Notes: a model not told the origin generated them from the sequence alone. A DNA stretch of 64,000 bases from Candidatus Sumerlaeia bacterium (GCA_033764015.1 JANRJK010000013.1:558618-622617), one strand, 5' to 3'; positions 45,929 to 55,923 are shown, counted from the stretch's first letter. A program made the numbers and translations.

Positions 45929-47448
45929 CTTGGGGCGTCCTTGGGCAGCTCGCAGACCGCGAGGTAGGCGTCGACCACCGCGGGGTCCCGGAGCACCACC
46001 ACGCGGAAGCTTCCGATGTTGGCGGCCTCGCCGGAGCGAAGCAACACCGCCGCCGCGGTCGGCAGCAGCGAGCCGGGATCGACCAGCACCACGAGGGGGG
46101 CGCCGGGCTTCCGCTCCAGCGGGAGGCGCGGCTCCCCCGTGTCGAGGTGGTGCAGGTAGACGAGCGAGAGGTCCGCCGCCGCCGAGCGGGCGCGGGCGTC
46201 TTGGCGGAACGCGGCGCCGGGGTCCGCCGCCAATGCCCGTCCGGCGCGGAGCGACTCGCGGATTCCCGCCAGCGTCGGCGCCGCGGCGTGGGGCTCCGCA
46301 ACGGCGGAGCGGCGGACCTCAAGCTGCGCGGTCGTGCCGGCGAGCGCGAAGACGGCGAAGCCCGCGGCGAGCGCCTTCGAGGGAACCCGCCCAAGCGCAG
46401 TGGACGCCAGCAGCGCCAGTGGGACCAGCGCGGGGAGCAGGTACGCGGGGACGCTGGCGCGGAAGAGCACCGCGAACGCGAGCAGCGGCGCCCCCGCCGC
46501 GAGCGCCCAGAGGCGCGGGGAGGTTCCCCGCTCCGCGCGCACCGCCGCGGCGCACGCCGCGCCCACGATGACCACGGACAACGCATTCGCCACGAGCGAG
46601 CCGGCCATCGCCGCCGGACCCAGCGACCAGGGGCGCGCGAACCGCAGCAGGTCGTCGGTGAGTCCGTCGCCGAACAGGAACACCCATGCCGCCGCGGGGG
46701 AGACAGGGTGCGGCGCGGCGAGCGATCCCGCGCCCCGGACCACTCCCGCGAGGAGGTGGAGGTCGCTCCAGCCATCGCGCGCGTTCGCCGCCAACCACGG
46801 CGCGTAGAGCGCCGCGAGGGCTCCAAAGGCCGCCGCCGCCGCGCGGACGGCGGGGCGGGCTTCCGCGCGGGAGACCACCAGCGCGAAGGGGAGCCAGAGC
46901 GTCGCGGCGGACAGGTGCATCGTCTGCAGCACGGCCACCACCGCGCCCGCCGCGCAGAGCCGTCCGGTGCTTGACTTAGTCAACAACCAGAGGAAGAGCG
47001 CGCTCCCGGGAACCACCAGGTCGTGGCCCCAAATTCGCCGGCTGTGCTCGAGCGCCGCTCCCGAGAACGCCACGAGCGCGAGCGCGGCGACTCCCGCGGC
47101 GCGCCCCTGCACCGCCCGCGCGGCCAGGCCCGCGAGGACCGCGCCGCCAACGCCGGCGAGCGCCAGCATCGCGGACATCCCCTGCGGACCAAGCCCGAGA
47201 AGGGTGGGAACCGCGGCGAGGTAGAAGGTTGTCGGCGGGTTGTGGAATCCGAACGACGTCCGCAGCCCCCGCAGCGGGAAGTCGTTGCCCGCCGAGATCC
47301 GGAGTCCGTTCAGGCAGGTCTCCGCCTCGTCGAGGAGGAACGGCGCGTGCCCGATCCAAGCGAGGCGCGCGGCGAGCGCCGCGAACGCCACGGCGAGCCA
47401 GACCGCCGCCTCGCCCCGCGTCCAAGGCGGCGCGGCCGGTTGACTCAT
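45925..47448 (-). CDS. ArnT/PMT-like (GT-C) membrane glycosyltransferase
   Basis: APFLLDEA, PLRG..SFGFHNPP..YL, HSRRIW; many TM segments. Confidence 0.7.
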   Translation of the reverse strand: MSQPAAPPWTRGEAAVWLAVAFAALAARLAWIGHAPFLLDEAETCLNGLRISAGNDFPLRGLRTSFGFHNPPTTFYLAAVPTLLGLGPQGMSAMLALAGVGGAVLAGLAARAVQGRAAGVAALALVAFSGAALEHSRRIWGHDLVVPGSALFLWLLTKSSTGRLCAAGAVVAVLQTMHLSAATLWLPFALVVSRAEARPAVRAAAAAFGALAALYAPWLAANARDGWSDLHLLAGVVRGAGSLAAPHPVSPAAAWVFLFGDGLTDDLLRFARPWSLGPAAMAGSLVANALSVVIVGAACAAAVRAERGTSPRLWALAAGAPLLAFAVLFRASVPAYLLPALVPLALLASTALGRVPSKALAAGFAVFALAGTTAQLEVRRSAVAEPHAAAPTLAGIRESLRAGRALAADPGAAFRQDARARSAAADLSLVYLHHLDTGEPRLPLERKPGAPLVVLVDPGSLLPTAAAVLLRSGEAANIGSFRVVVLRDPAVVDAYLAVCELPKDAPR

Positions 47449-48581
47449 CCCGGAACGGTGCGGAACCGGAGCGTGTCGAGGAAGGGCGGGAGGCTGGCGC
47501 CGCGGACCACGAACGCGGTGAACTCGCGGCGCTTCCGGTAGCGCTTCCGCAACGAGTCGAAGTGCGCGCCGAACCCGTCGGCGGGCGCCGCGCGGAGCGC
47601 CGCGTCGTCTTCGCGGATGTCGTACGCCCCGCGCACCAGACGCCGGAGCTGCGTCCAATCCGCCGCGCCGGAGTCCCAGGCGAGTGGCAGCGCATCCGCG
47701 GGCTCGAGCGTCGGGCGCCAGTCGAACGGCGCGCCGAGCGCCTCGGAGATCGCCTGCGCCACCATGCGGGTGCCCTCCAGCTTGCCGTCGAAGCTGTAGC
47801 CGGCGATGTGCGGCGTCGCGAGGAACGCCGCATCGAGCGTCGCGCTGTCGATGCGCGGCTCGTCCTGCCAGACATCCAGCGTCGCCGACCGCAAGGCCCC
47901 CGAGCCGAGCGCTTGCCGGAGCGAGGCCTCGACCACCACCTCGCCGCGCGAGGCGTTGATGAAATGGAGTCCGCGGCGAGCGCGGGAAAGCGCCTCCGTG
48001 TCGATCATCGAGCGGGTCGGCCAGCGCCCGCCGTTCGTGAGCGGCACATGCAGCGTCGCGACGTCGGCCCAGGCGATGAGGTCGCCGAGCGGAAGGAACG
48101 CGCCGCCCGCGCCATCGTCGTGTCCGGCTTCCGCGAGCGGCGGGTCGCAGGCCCGCACGTCGAAACCGAGGGACCGCGCGACGCGGGCCACCTTGCCGCC
48201 GATGCGCCCCAGGCCGACCACGCCAAGCCGGGCGCCGCGCGTCGAGCCGAACGACGCCTCGATCTCCAGCAGCGCCGCCACCACGTATTCGACCACGGAC
48301 CAGGCGTTCGAGCCCTCCGCGGAATCGACCCGCACGCCGGCCGCGCGCAGACCGGAAACGTCCACGTGGTCCATCCCGCTCGTCGCGGAAGCCACCACGC
48401 GCACCGGCGTCCCCGACAGCAGCGCGGGATCGACCTTGGTCACGCTGCGCACCGCGAGCGCGTCGACGTCCGCCAGCATCGCGCGGTTGATCGCGCGTCC
48501 GGGCGCGAGGCGCACTTCGCCCGCGGCGGCGAGCGCCTCGGCGATCTGCGGGATGTTCTCGTCGGCGAGGATCAGCGGCAT
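47445..48581 (-). CDS. pdxB: erythronate-4-phosphate dehydrogenase
   Basis: ILADENIP, LAVRSVTKV, SVVEYV, LHVPLT, INASRGEVV, TPHIAGYSFDGK, FDSLRKRYRKRREF. Confidence 0.9.
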   Translation of the reverse strand: MPLILADENIPQIAEALAAAGEVRLAPGRAINRAMLADVDALAVRSVTKVDPALLSGTPVRVVASATSGMDHVDVSGLRAAGVRVDSAEGSNAWSVVEYVVAALLEIEASFGSTRGARLGVVGLGRIGGKVARVARSLGFDVRACDPPLAEAGHDDGAGGAFLPLGDLIAWADVATLHVPLTNGGRWPTRSMIDTEALSRARRGLHFINASRGEVVVEASLRQALGSGALRSATLDVWQDEPRIDSATLDAAFLATPHIAGYSFDGKLEGTRMVAQAISEALGAPFDWRPTLEPADALPLAWDSGAADWTQLRRLVRGAYDIREDDAALRAAPADGFGAHFDSLRKRYRKRREFTAFVVRGASLPPFLDTLRFRTVPG

Positions 48582-48639
48582 GGCGGCACCTTCCACGGCG
48601 ACTCGACGCCCGCGGCGGGGGAGGGGCAAGCCGACTGGC

Positions 48640-49827
48640 TCAGAGGCCGACGCGCACCGTCTGCTCGGGCCGTTTCACCACGCGCCCGCGCCAGGGGATC
48701 TCGCGCCGCACCAGGCTCCAGTACGCGGACGACGCGGCGATCCACATGATCACCAGGTAGCCGAGCGGGTAGCACAGCGCGGTCACCCACGGGTTCGTCT
48801 CCGCCGCGCGTGCCGTGTTGCGCAGGATGAGCAGCCCGCCGAGCACCTGCCACGCGATGGCGAGCGCGGCGAGGAGCGGGGAGCCGCCTTCCGCAATCAA
48901 GTTCGCCGCCGCCACCGCGAGCGGTGCGAGCGCGAGGAACGGCTGCGCCAGCACCACCACCGCGGAGCGGATCAATCCGCCGCCGATGCCCGCTTGGATA
49001 TTCTTGCGGAATCCGCGCACGATCGACCCGAGGCTGTCGTACATGCGCAGCGACCGGTCCGCGCCGGCGCTCGCGACGCGCAGGCGCGCGCCCGCCTCCT
49101 TCGTCAGCTTCCCCAGCGCCACGTCGTCGATCACTTCGCCGCGGATCGCCGCGTGGCCCCCTTCGCGCTCGTAGAGCGACCGCCGGATCAGGTTGAACGC
49201 GCCGACGCCGAAGTACTCGCGCCGCGACGGGTCCTCGATGCGGCGGGGATTCACGCTGATCATCATGATGTGGTAGCCAAGCGGGAGCACCACCTGCTCC
49301 CAGAACCCCCGGCAGCGCACCAGCGGCGTAAGGAACAAGTGGTCCGCGCGGAGCGCCTGCGCCAATGCCGCGGCGCGCCGCAGCACGCCGGGCGCGAAGA
49401 TGATGTCCGCGTCGGTGAACAGGTACCACTCCGCCTCCGCCGGCGCGTGGGCCACGCCGTGCCAAAGCGCGTGGTTCTTCCCCATCCACCCCTCCGGCAG
49501 CGGGGGAGTGCGCAGCGCCTGCAACCGCCCGGGGTGCTTCGCCGCCAGCGCCAGGATGATCGCGCCCGTTCGGTCCTCCGACTGGTCGTCGATCGCGATG
49601 ATCCTCAATCCGCCCGGGTAGTCCTGCGCGAGGAGGCTTTCGAGGCACTGTCGGATCGCGCGCTCCTCGTTCCGCGCGGGGACGAAGACGCAGAGGCTCG
49701 GCAGCGCCGCGGAGGTCTCGGCGCGCTTTGGCAGCCGCCGCAGCGCGCGGGCATTGCGGATCGCGTTCACGTGGATCACCAGCGTGGTGACGGCGGCATG
49801 AAGCGCGAGCAGGGGGAGGAGGACCAT
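48640..49827 (-). CDS. GT2 glycosyltransferase (CrtQ/HpnB-like)
   Basis: VPARNEE, IDDQSED, LPEGWMGKNHA, LFTDAD, VIDDVALG, LRMYDS, WRGR; AAGGA RBS. Confidence 0.88.
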   Translation of the reverse strand: MVLLPLLALHAAVTTLVIHVNAIRNARALRRLPKRAETSAALPSLCVFVPARNEERAIRQCLESLLAQDYPGGLRIIAIDDQSEDRTGAIILALAAKHPGRLQALRTPPLPEGWMGKNHALWHGVAHAPAEAEWYLFTDADIIFAPGVLRRAAALAQALRADHLFLTPLVRCRGFWEQVVLPLGYHIMMISVNPRRIEDPSRREYFGVGAFNLIRRSLYEREGGHAAIRGEVIDDVALGKLTKEAGARLRVASAGADRSLRMYDSLGSIVRGFRKNIQAGIGGGLIRSAVVVLAQPFLALAPLAVAAANLIAEGGSPLLAALAIAWQVLGGLLILRNTARAAETNPWVTALCYPLGYLVIMWIAASSAYWSLVRREIPWRGRVVKRPEQTVRVGL

Positions 49828-49833
49828 CGGGGG
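49792..49833 (+). repeat. 42-bp direct repeat, copy 1 (overlaps the GT2 start)
   Basis: ggcggcatgaagcgcgagcagggggaggaggaccatcggggg is identical to 51621-51662. Confidence 0.95.
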
Positions 49834-50088
49834 TTCCTTACGTCGGATCGGCGCCAGACTGCGCCCGCACCTCTCAACGGGCAAATCGCCTGCCGAACAC
49901 GATTCCTAGGGGGAGACTCCCGTTGACCAGTGGCGTGCGGCAACGGGTTCATCGTGGCAATCGATTCTCAAGCACCAACCGTCCGCCGTTCGTCCAGGTG
50001 TCGCAGTATTCGAGCGGGGTTCGGTCTTCCGCCCCCCCAAAGGTGCGCCCGGTGCTCGGAGGAGCGGAACTCCCCGAAGGGGCAGGAC

Positions 50089-51567
50089 ATGGATGACATC
50101 CAATCGCTCATCGGCGACAAGACGCCAGGACCTGAAATCGCGGAACACCTTCGGCAGGATTGGGCGAATTTTGTGCGCGGCCTTGATATGGGTCGCGGGG
50201 GCCCCGTGACCCGTAGCGGTTCGCCCTACTCGCCACCCTCCGACCGCGGGGCGCTCCTTAGTTCAACCGACTTCTACCGGCCCACCAGCCACTTCAGCGT
50301 GGCCTCGTTCCAGAGGGCCGTGGTTCTAGGTGTGGTCGGGGATCCCAGCTGGTTTGGATTCTTCGCTTACGCACAGGAGGTCGAACTGTTCCAAGCATAC
50401 CTTGATAGGGCCTACATCCTTGCCGGTCCGAACAGGAAGCGGGCGGCTTCCTACTCAAACATCTTCTGGGGCGGGCTCGGGTTTCAAGTTTGGGGCGATC
50501 CGAGGGCGGCGGGATACCTCGCCGAGCTGGCTAAGCGCGCCGGCCTCCCGGGTACCGCTCTCGAAAGAGTCGAACATATCGGCCCGCTTCCGCGACTCTT
50601 CCTCGCGCTTGTCGAGTTCGAGAGGGGGCGCCCGGACTCCGCTCTCGCTTTGCTGGCATCAACCGGCGTCACGTCGTATCAGGAACTCGGGGAAGCCTGG
50701 AATTCGCCCGGCGGTCCGGCCAAGGCGCTGCGCGGGATGCTCGACTACCACAAGCTCGCTGCGGGCAAACAGGGCCATCCGTACCACTACGACTACGCGT
50801 ATAGATGGTATGAGCACTACCCCCTTGAAGTGTTGGCAGTCCTTGCGACGCGACGTCGGCTCGGCCTCAGAAATCCGGCGCTTGACCATCCGCTGCTGAA
50901 AGGCAATCCGCTCTTCGCGCTGCCGGACGGACCGGTTTCGATGCCCCGGGACCCGATGATCCGGGAGATGATGGACTTGGTTGATTTCCCCGCCTGCCTT
51001 GATGAAGACCGCGCCGCTCTGGAGCGGTTGCCGGTGTCGCCGTTGCTCCAAGCCCCGCCCCCCGTGGTGGAGAAGCGTGTAACGGATGACCAACTCGCGA
51101 AGCTGCTGGTGGGGAGGAAGTCTCAGGTGGAGGAGGCGCTGGGGCATTGCGCCGCTGAAATCCGTTGGAAGTTCGACGGGGTAGAGACAGCGCAGGCTAT
51201 CTTCTCGATGCTGCCGGATGATGTGGGGAGCTTCGAATACGCGGAGCGGCGCCGGGTGTTGAAGATTTCGCTTTTCGGGAGGAGCAGCGTGATCGAGGTC
51301 TGGACGGTGCCCGAACCGAAGATCGCCGATATGCTTTCACCCAGGGAGGTGGCTCGGCGTATCGGCGAACTGATGCGCCCGGAGTATGAGCTCCGGGCAC
51401 TGTCGGCGACGTTGCGGGACCCGGATATCATCGTCATCGCCAAACCTGCCGCGTTCTGGGCACAAGTCGAGCAGTTGGACGCCAAGAAAGCCGCAAAGCT
51501 CCTCCAGTCGATCCCCGGCCCGGAATCCGAGGAGCCAAAGAAGCAAAGGAAGAAGTGGTGGTTCTAG
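50089..51567 (+). CDS. hypothetical protein, paralog 1 of the tandem family
   Basis: RLFLAL, PGGPAKALRGMLDYH, YPLEVLAVLATRRRLGLRNPALDHPLLKGNPLF are shared with the three downstream genes; ends KKWWF. Confidence 0.85.
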   Translation: MDDIQSLIGDKTPGPEIAEHLRQDWANFVRGLDMGRGGPVTRSGSPYSPPSDRGALLSSTDFYRPTSHFSVASFQRAVVLGVVGDPSWFGFFAYAQEVELFQAYLDRAYILAGPNRKRAASYSNIFWGGLGFQVWGDPRAAGYLAELAKRAGLPGTALERVEHIGPLPRLFLALVEFERGRPDSALALLASTGVTSYQELGEAWNSPGGPAKALRGMLDYHKLAAGKQGHPYHYDYAYRWYEHYPLEVLAVLATRRRLGLRNPALDHPLLKGNPLFALPDGPVSMPRDPMIREMMDLVDFPACLDEDRAALERLPVSPLLQAPPPVVEKRVTDDQLAKLLVGRKSQVEEALGHCAAEIRWKFDGVETAQAIFSMLPDDVGSFEYAERRRVLKISLFGRSSVIEVWTVPEPKIADMLSPREVARRIGELMRPEYELRALSATLRDPDIIVIAKPAAFWAQVEQLDAKKAAKLLQSIPGPESEEPKKQRKKWWF

Positions 51568-51656
51568 CGCGCCGGTCTCAGCACTCTGCCCCGGACGGGC
51601 AGGAAGGCTCCGAAGTGGTTGGCGGCATGAAGCGCGAGCAGGGGGAGGAGGACCAT
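51564..51656 (-). pseudogene. duplicated 5' remnant of the GT2 gene
   Basis: Reads MVLLPLLALHAA (identical to the first 12 aa of 48640..49827), then 18 unrelated codons and TAG. Confidence 0.6.
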
Positions 51657-51662
51657 CGGGGG
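51621..51662 (+). repeat. 42-bp direct repeat, copy 2
   Basis: Identical to 49792-49833. A second matching block, gggcaa(a/t)tcgcctgccg, lies at 49879-49895 and 51711-51727. Confidence 0.95.
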
Positions 51663-51929
51663 CTCGTCTTAGCGGTTGATCGCGGACATAATGAGTCGCT
51701 TCCGATACGGGGGCAATTCGCCTGCCGCTCGGAGTTCGGGGAATTCCGCTTGCGGGGCGGCGTCGGGATATCGACTCCTCGAATCTCCTCGCAGTTGAAG
51801 GTCGATGCTCCCGAGCCGCTCCTCCCGGGGCGGTCCGCCGCAGGGGCGGGGAACGCGTTGCAACCGGAAGTCCCCGCAAGTGTTTCGAAGGAGCTGTACT
51901 GACGCCCAACGCCTTGAAGGAGTGCCGCG

Positions 51930-53393
51930 ATGGCCAAGAAGAAACCCCTCAGCCATGATCGGACGCCAGGTCCGGATATCGCCAAGTGGCTGCGCGATCG
52001 GTGGGACGAGGCGGCTGAAGAAATCGCCAGTGGCGGGGAGAAAGTCAGCTTCACCCCCCCGGCGACCGAGCCGGAGTTGCACGCAACGGACGAAGGCAAG
52101 ACTGCGCTGGACCGCATCGAGACCAACCTCGACAGGCAGAAGGTGTTCTTGGCTGGGCTTCGCGATGCGCGATGGATGGCCATCGACGCATTCCACGCGG
52201 AGGTGGCTGTGCTCGGTTCAGTGCTGAGCCGCAGATTCTTGGTCGGGCGCCCAAACGATTGGTACATTTGGGACTACACGGACGCGTCTTGGACGGGCTT
52301 CCGGTGCCTTGTCTGGGGAAACCTTCCGGCCGCGAGGCACATCGCCTTGCTCGTCAAGCGCGTGGGCGTCGATGGCAGCCGCATCCGGCAGGATGACGAG
52401 TTCTTCAACCCCGTCGTTCGCCTGTTCCTAGCCCTCTGCGATTACCAAGACGGTCGCGATGCGGAGGCCCGGGCCCGGCTAGAGCTCACGGGCCTCGCCC
52501 CCTTCATCGAGCTGGGTGCCACATGGAGCGCTCCCGGCGGTCCCGCGAAGGCGCTCCGGGCGATGCTCGACCTCCATAAGCGAGCCGCGGCATCCGAGAA
52601 CCATCCTCAAAACTACGAGTACAGCTGCGGCATCGAAGAATTCCACCCCGTCGAAGTGCTGGCGGTGCTTGCGGTGCGGCGCCGGCTGGGGCTCGAGAAC
52701 CCGGAACTGAGCCACCCCATGCTCGAAGGGAATCCGCTGTTCGTGCTCCCCGATGGGCCGGTCGAGGTTCCGGAGGATCCGCTCGTGCGCAAGCTGATGG
52801 ACCTGGTCGACTACCCCGCATGCCTGGAGGAGGAGCGCGCGGTGATTGAGACGATGCCCCTCTCGCCGCTGCTGGATGCACCGCCCCCCCCCGAGGAGGA
52901 GCCCCTCACGGACGAGGAGCTCGCGAAGCTCTTCGTCGGCAGGAAGTCGCAAGTCGAGCGCGCGCTCGAGGAGTGCGCCGTCGAGGTACGGTGGATGTAT
53001 GATGCGGGGGCGACCGCGCAGGATATCTTCGCCGCACTGCCGGAGGAGAGCTGCAGCTTCGAGGTGGCCGAAAAGGGGCGGCTGCTGAAGCTCTCCCTCT
53101 TCGGGCGCGCGAGCGAGATCGAGTCTTGGACCGCCAAGAAGCCGACGATCGCCGACAAGTTGCCGCCGATGGAGGTGGCCAGACGGATCGGCGAGGCGCT
53201 CAAGCCGGAGTACGAACTCCGCATGCTCGCCGCGACCCTCGACGACTCCGACATCCTCCTCGTGGTCAAGCCGGCCGCGTTCTGGGAACGAATGGCGCAG
53301 CTTGATGCGAAGAAGGCCGCCAAGGTCTTCTCCCCCTTGCCCATCGAGCAGATGGAGGAGCCGAAGAAGCGCACGAAGAAGTCGGGGAAGTAG
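51930..53393 (+). CDS. hypothetical protein, paralog 2 of the tandem family
   Basis: AAGGAG RBS; DRTPGPDIA, PGGPAKALRAMLDLH, HPVEVLAVLAVRRRLGLENPELSHPMLEGNPLF, VGRKSQVE; colinear with paralog 1. Confidence 0.88.
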   Translation: MAKKKPLSHDRTPGPDIAKWLRDRWDEAAEEIASGGEKVSFTPPATEPELHATDEGKTALDRIETNLDRQKVFLAGLRDARWMAIDAFHAEVAVLGSVLSRRFLVGRPNDWYIWDYTDASWTGFRCLVWGNLPAARHIALLVKRVGVDGSRIRQDDEFFNPVVRLFLALCDYQDGRDAEARARLELTGLAPFIELGATWSAPGGPAKALRAMLDLHKRAAASENHPQNYEYSCGIEEFHPVEVLAVLAVRRRLGLENPELSHPMLEGNPLFVLPDGPVEVPEDPLVRKLMDLVDYPACLEEERAVIETMPLSPLLDAPPPPEEEPLTDEELAKLFVGRKSQVERALEECAVEVRWMYDAGATAQDIFAALPEESCSFEVAEKGRLLKLSLFGRASEIESWTAKKPTIADKLPPMEVARRIGEALKPEYELRMLAATLDDSDILLVVKPAAFWERMAQLDAKKAAKVFSPLPIEQMEEPKKRTKKSGK

Positions 53394-53447
53394 CCCGGTT
53401 CGGTCAAGAATCTTTGCCCATGCGGCGGAAAGGAATCGTGCGCTCGA

Positions 53448-55865
53448 ATGGCGGCTCCGACATGGTTGGTCGAGAAGGTGGCAAAGGAGGCGGCCCTCCT
53501 TCAGAAATGGTCCGAGCGATCCAACGAGTTGACATGGGACCCGCTTTCGCCGGAGCGTATCCGGCAACGGCACTTGTACCCGACGCAACACTCACCATAT
53601 TCCCTCGATCCAATCTGGAACACGCGCCACCAAGGGCTGCGCCTCTGGTTCGGGGGAGACCCGGCGGCTGCGGCGCCGTTACTTTGGCGCGCCGGACTCC
53701 ACCGGAAACTTGCAGTCTTGATCGATGCCGCGCACCGCGTCAACGGAGGGTGCCGCGGCTGGCTGTTTGGACGTTCCCTGCAAGTGGACGTCGCATTCCT
53801 TTTTTGGGGTGGCTTCCTCGATGAATTCGATCTTGTGCGCGACTACCGGCTTAAGGATATTGCTCCTCGTGGACTATATACTAAAATTCCCCAGGGGAAA
53901 GACGGAGATGAGGTTGCCTCCGATTTCGAGTTGTTCCTTTATGCGCTGCGGTGGCTCGAACTTGGGGATGAAGCAGGCTTGGCTTGGCTGACCAGTCGCT
54001 TCGACCTCTCGCGTTACGAGCCCTTCATCATGGCGTGGAAGTCGGGGAACGGTTTGGATGAAGAAGTACATCGGCTCGTCGAGCGGTGGGCGAAGGCAAT
54101 CAAGGATCAGGAACACGCCTATTTTGGGCAACATGCTTTTCGTGATCTAGTCCCATTCGAACTCCACTCGGTGAACGCCGTGATGCGCCGGGCGGGGCTT
54201 CCGCTGTTCGAACCGGAGTCGCCGATTGTGCTGCACAATCCGTACAAGGTGCTTCCCCCGGTATGCGAACCCGCCCCCGACGAAGAGGATGTGCGGTTGT
54301 TCACCCATTTGGTCCCTGGAGGTTTTGAGCGGCGGCTGCGAGAGGAGTTAAACTCCCGCCCATACCCAGATCGTTCCCGATGGGCAGAATTGAGGGAAGA
54401 GGAGAAGCGGCGCGAGGCCATTTGGTACGACCGCCAGTATGGCCGACATCTTCTTCCAAAAGGCCGCTCTGAGTGGTTCAAGAAAGAGTGGAGCTTCTTC
54501 ATGGCACAAAGGGAGGCCTTCCACGACCGGATCGAGAATCTCGAGTCCCTTTCGAGGATCCAAAGCATTGATGACCTGAGCTTCGATTGCTATCCAACAC
54601 TTGTCTTTTGGTTCCTGTCGGCAATTTACTCTAAGCAATCGACCATCGAGGCGGGCCTTGCCAACGCCGGCTGGATGTCGACTCTATTGCACAGCGTCGA
54701 ACTCTTCTTGTTGGCGGCCGTCTCTTCAACCGAGCGTCGCAAGCTGACCGATTGGCGAGAGAATCGCCGGGTTTTCGCCCACGACTTTGCAGGTGCGGGA
54801 TTATGGTGTCTCGTGCTTGGCCATCTCGAAGGTGCCCGATACATCGCGGAACACCTGCGTCGGGTGGACGATCATGTCACCTTCGCGGAACTTGAACCGA
54901 ACAGAGAGATTGGCCTATTCGCCCGTTTATTCCTCGCACTGATGGACTTCGAGGAAGGGTGGGAAGCCGACGCGAAGGCGCGGCTGCGTCGCATCGGCGT
55001 GCCTGCCTATGCAGCGCTCGGCGAGCAATGGCACAGCATGAATGGCCTGCGCCGCGCACTGCTTGGCATCTTGGATTATCGGCGCAATATCTGGAGCGTC
55101 TCTCACCATTACAGCGACTACACGAGCGCAACCTTCGCGGAGGACGCATTGGCGGTCCTCGCGACGAGGCGTCGTCTCGGGCTTCCGAGCCCAAAGCTCC
55201 GCCACCGCCTGACGATTGGCAATCCTCTGTTTGTGCTCCCCGATGGTCCGATTCCGCGGGTGGAGCCAGAACCGGAGGTGGCGAAGATCATGAAGCTGCT
55301 GCGCTACCCCGAATGCCTCGCCGAAGAATTGCTCTGCCTGAAGGCGCTTCCGGCCAGTGCGCATGGCGACCCGCCGCCTCCAAAGCTCAAGGACAAGTAC
55401 CCGACGGAGGCGGAACTCGCCCAGTTCCTGTTCGGCCCGCCGCAGAAGTCGGAGTTCGCGCTGAACCGCGTCACCATCGAGCTGGTGTCCACATTGGATG
55501 CGGAGGGAACTCTGCGCGAAATCTTCTCCGAGCTCCCAGCGGACGCATGGAAGATCGATTCCGAGGTCGGCCGGCGCGTTGTAACGGCCACCGCTTTCGG
55601 GCGGACGGCGCAACTCGACGGCACGGGGCGGACCCCGCGGGAGGTGGCCGCCTGGGCGGCGGAACTGCTGCGGCCGGAGTTCGATATCCGGCTCGTCGCC
55701 GAGACGGCCGGCGAAGCGGACATCCTCGTGATCGTCCGCCCGGCGAGCTTCTGGAGACTCGTGGACGCACAGGACCCGAAGAAGGTCGCGAAGGTTCTGT
55801 GCGCGATCGAACCCGGCGTCGCCGCCCCGACCGCGAAGCCGCGCGCGAGGAAGGGCAAGCCGTGA
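53448..55865 (+). CDS. hypothetical protein, paralog 3 (805 aa, two copies of the family module)
   Basis: Module 1 ends VPFELHSVNAVMRRAGLP; module 2 has RLFLAL...EDALAVLATRRRLGLPSPKLRHRLTIGNPLF; shares the C-terminal domain. Confidence 0.88.
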   Translation: MAAPTWLVEKVAKEAALLQKWSERSNELTWDPLSPERIRQRHLYPTQHSPYSLDPIWNTRHQGLRLWFGGDPAAAAPLLWRAGLHRKLAVLIDAAHRVNGGCRGWLFGRSLQVDVAFLFWGGFLDEFDLVRDYRLKDIAPRGLYTKIPQGKDGDEVASDFELFLYALRWLELGDEAGLAWLTSRFDLSRYEPFIMAWKSGNGLDEEVHRLVERWAKAIKDQEHAYFGQHAFRDLVPFELHSVNAVMRRAGLPLFEPESPIVLHNPYKVLPPVCEPAPDEEDVRLFTHLVPGGFERRLREELNSRPYPDRSRWAELREEEKRREAIWYDRQYGRHLLPKGRSEWFKKEWSFFMAQREAFHDRIENLESLSRIQSIDDLSFDCYPTLVFWFLSAIYSKQSTIEAGLANAGWMSTLLHSVELFLLAAVSSTERRKLTDWRENRRVFAHDFAGAGLWCLVLGHLEGARYIAEHLRRVDDHVTFAELEPNREIGLFARLFLALMDFEEGWEADAKARLRRIGVPAYAALGEQWHSMNGLRRALLGILDYRRNIWSVSHHYSDYTSATFAEDALAVLATRRRLGLPSPKLRHRLTIGNPLFVLPDGPIPRVEPEPEVAKIMKLLRYPECLAEELLCLKALPASAHGDPPPPKLKDKYPTEAELAQFLFGPPQKSEFALNRVTIELVSTLDAEGTLREIFSELPADAWKIDSEVGRRVVTATAFGRTAQLDGTGRTPREVAAWAAELLRPEFDIRLVAETAGEADILVIVRPASFWRLVDAQDPKKVAKVLCAIEPGVAAPTAKPRARKGKP
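55110..55865 (+). repeat. 756-bp near-identical repeat, copy 1 (3' part of paralog 3)
   Basis: Ungapped match to 57586-58341; about 35 mismatches by hand count (about 95%). Confidence 0.92.
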
Positions 55866-55923
55866 ATACTCTGCCGCTGGCGTTCGGGACGTTGTCACCC
55901 AATTCACTTCGGAGGACTGACTC

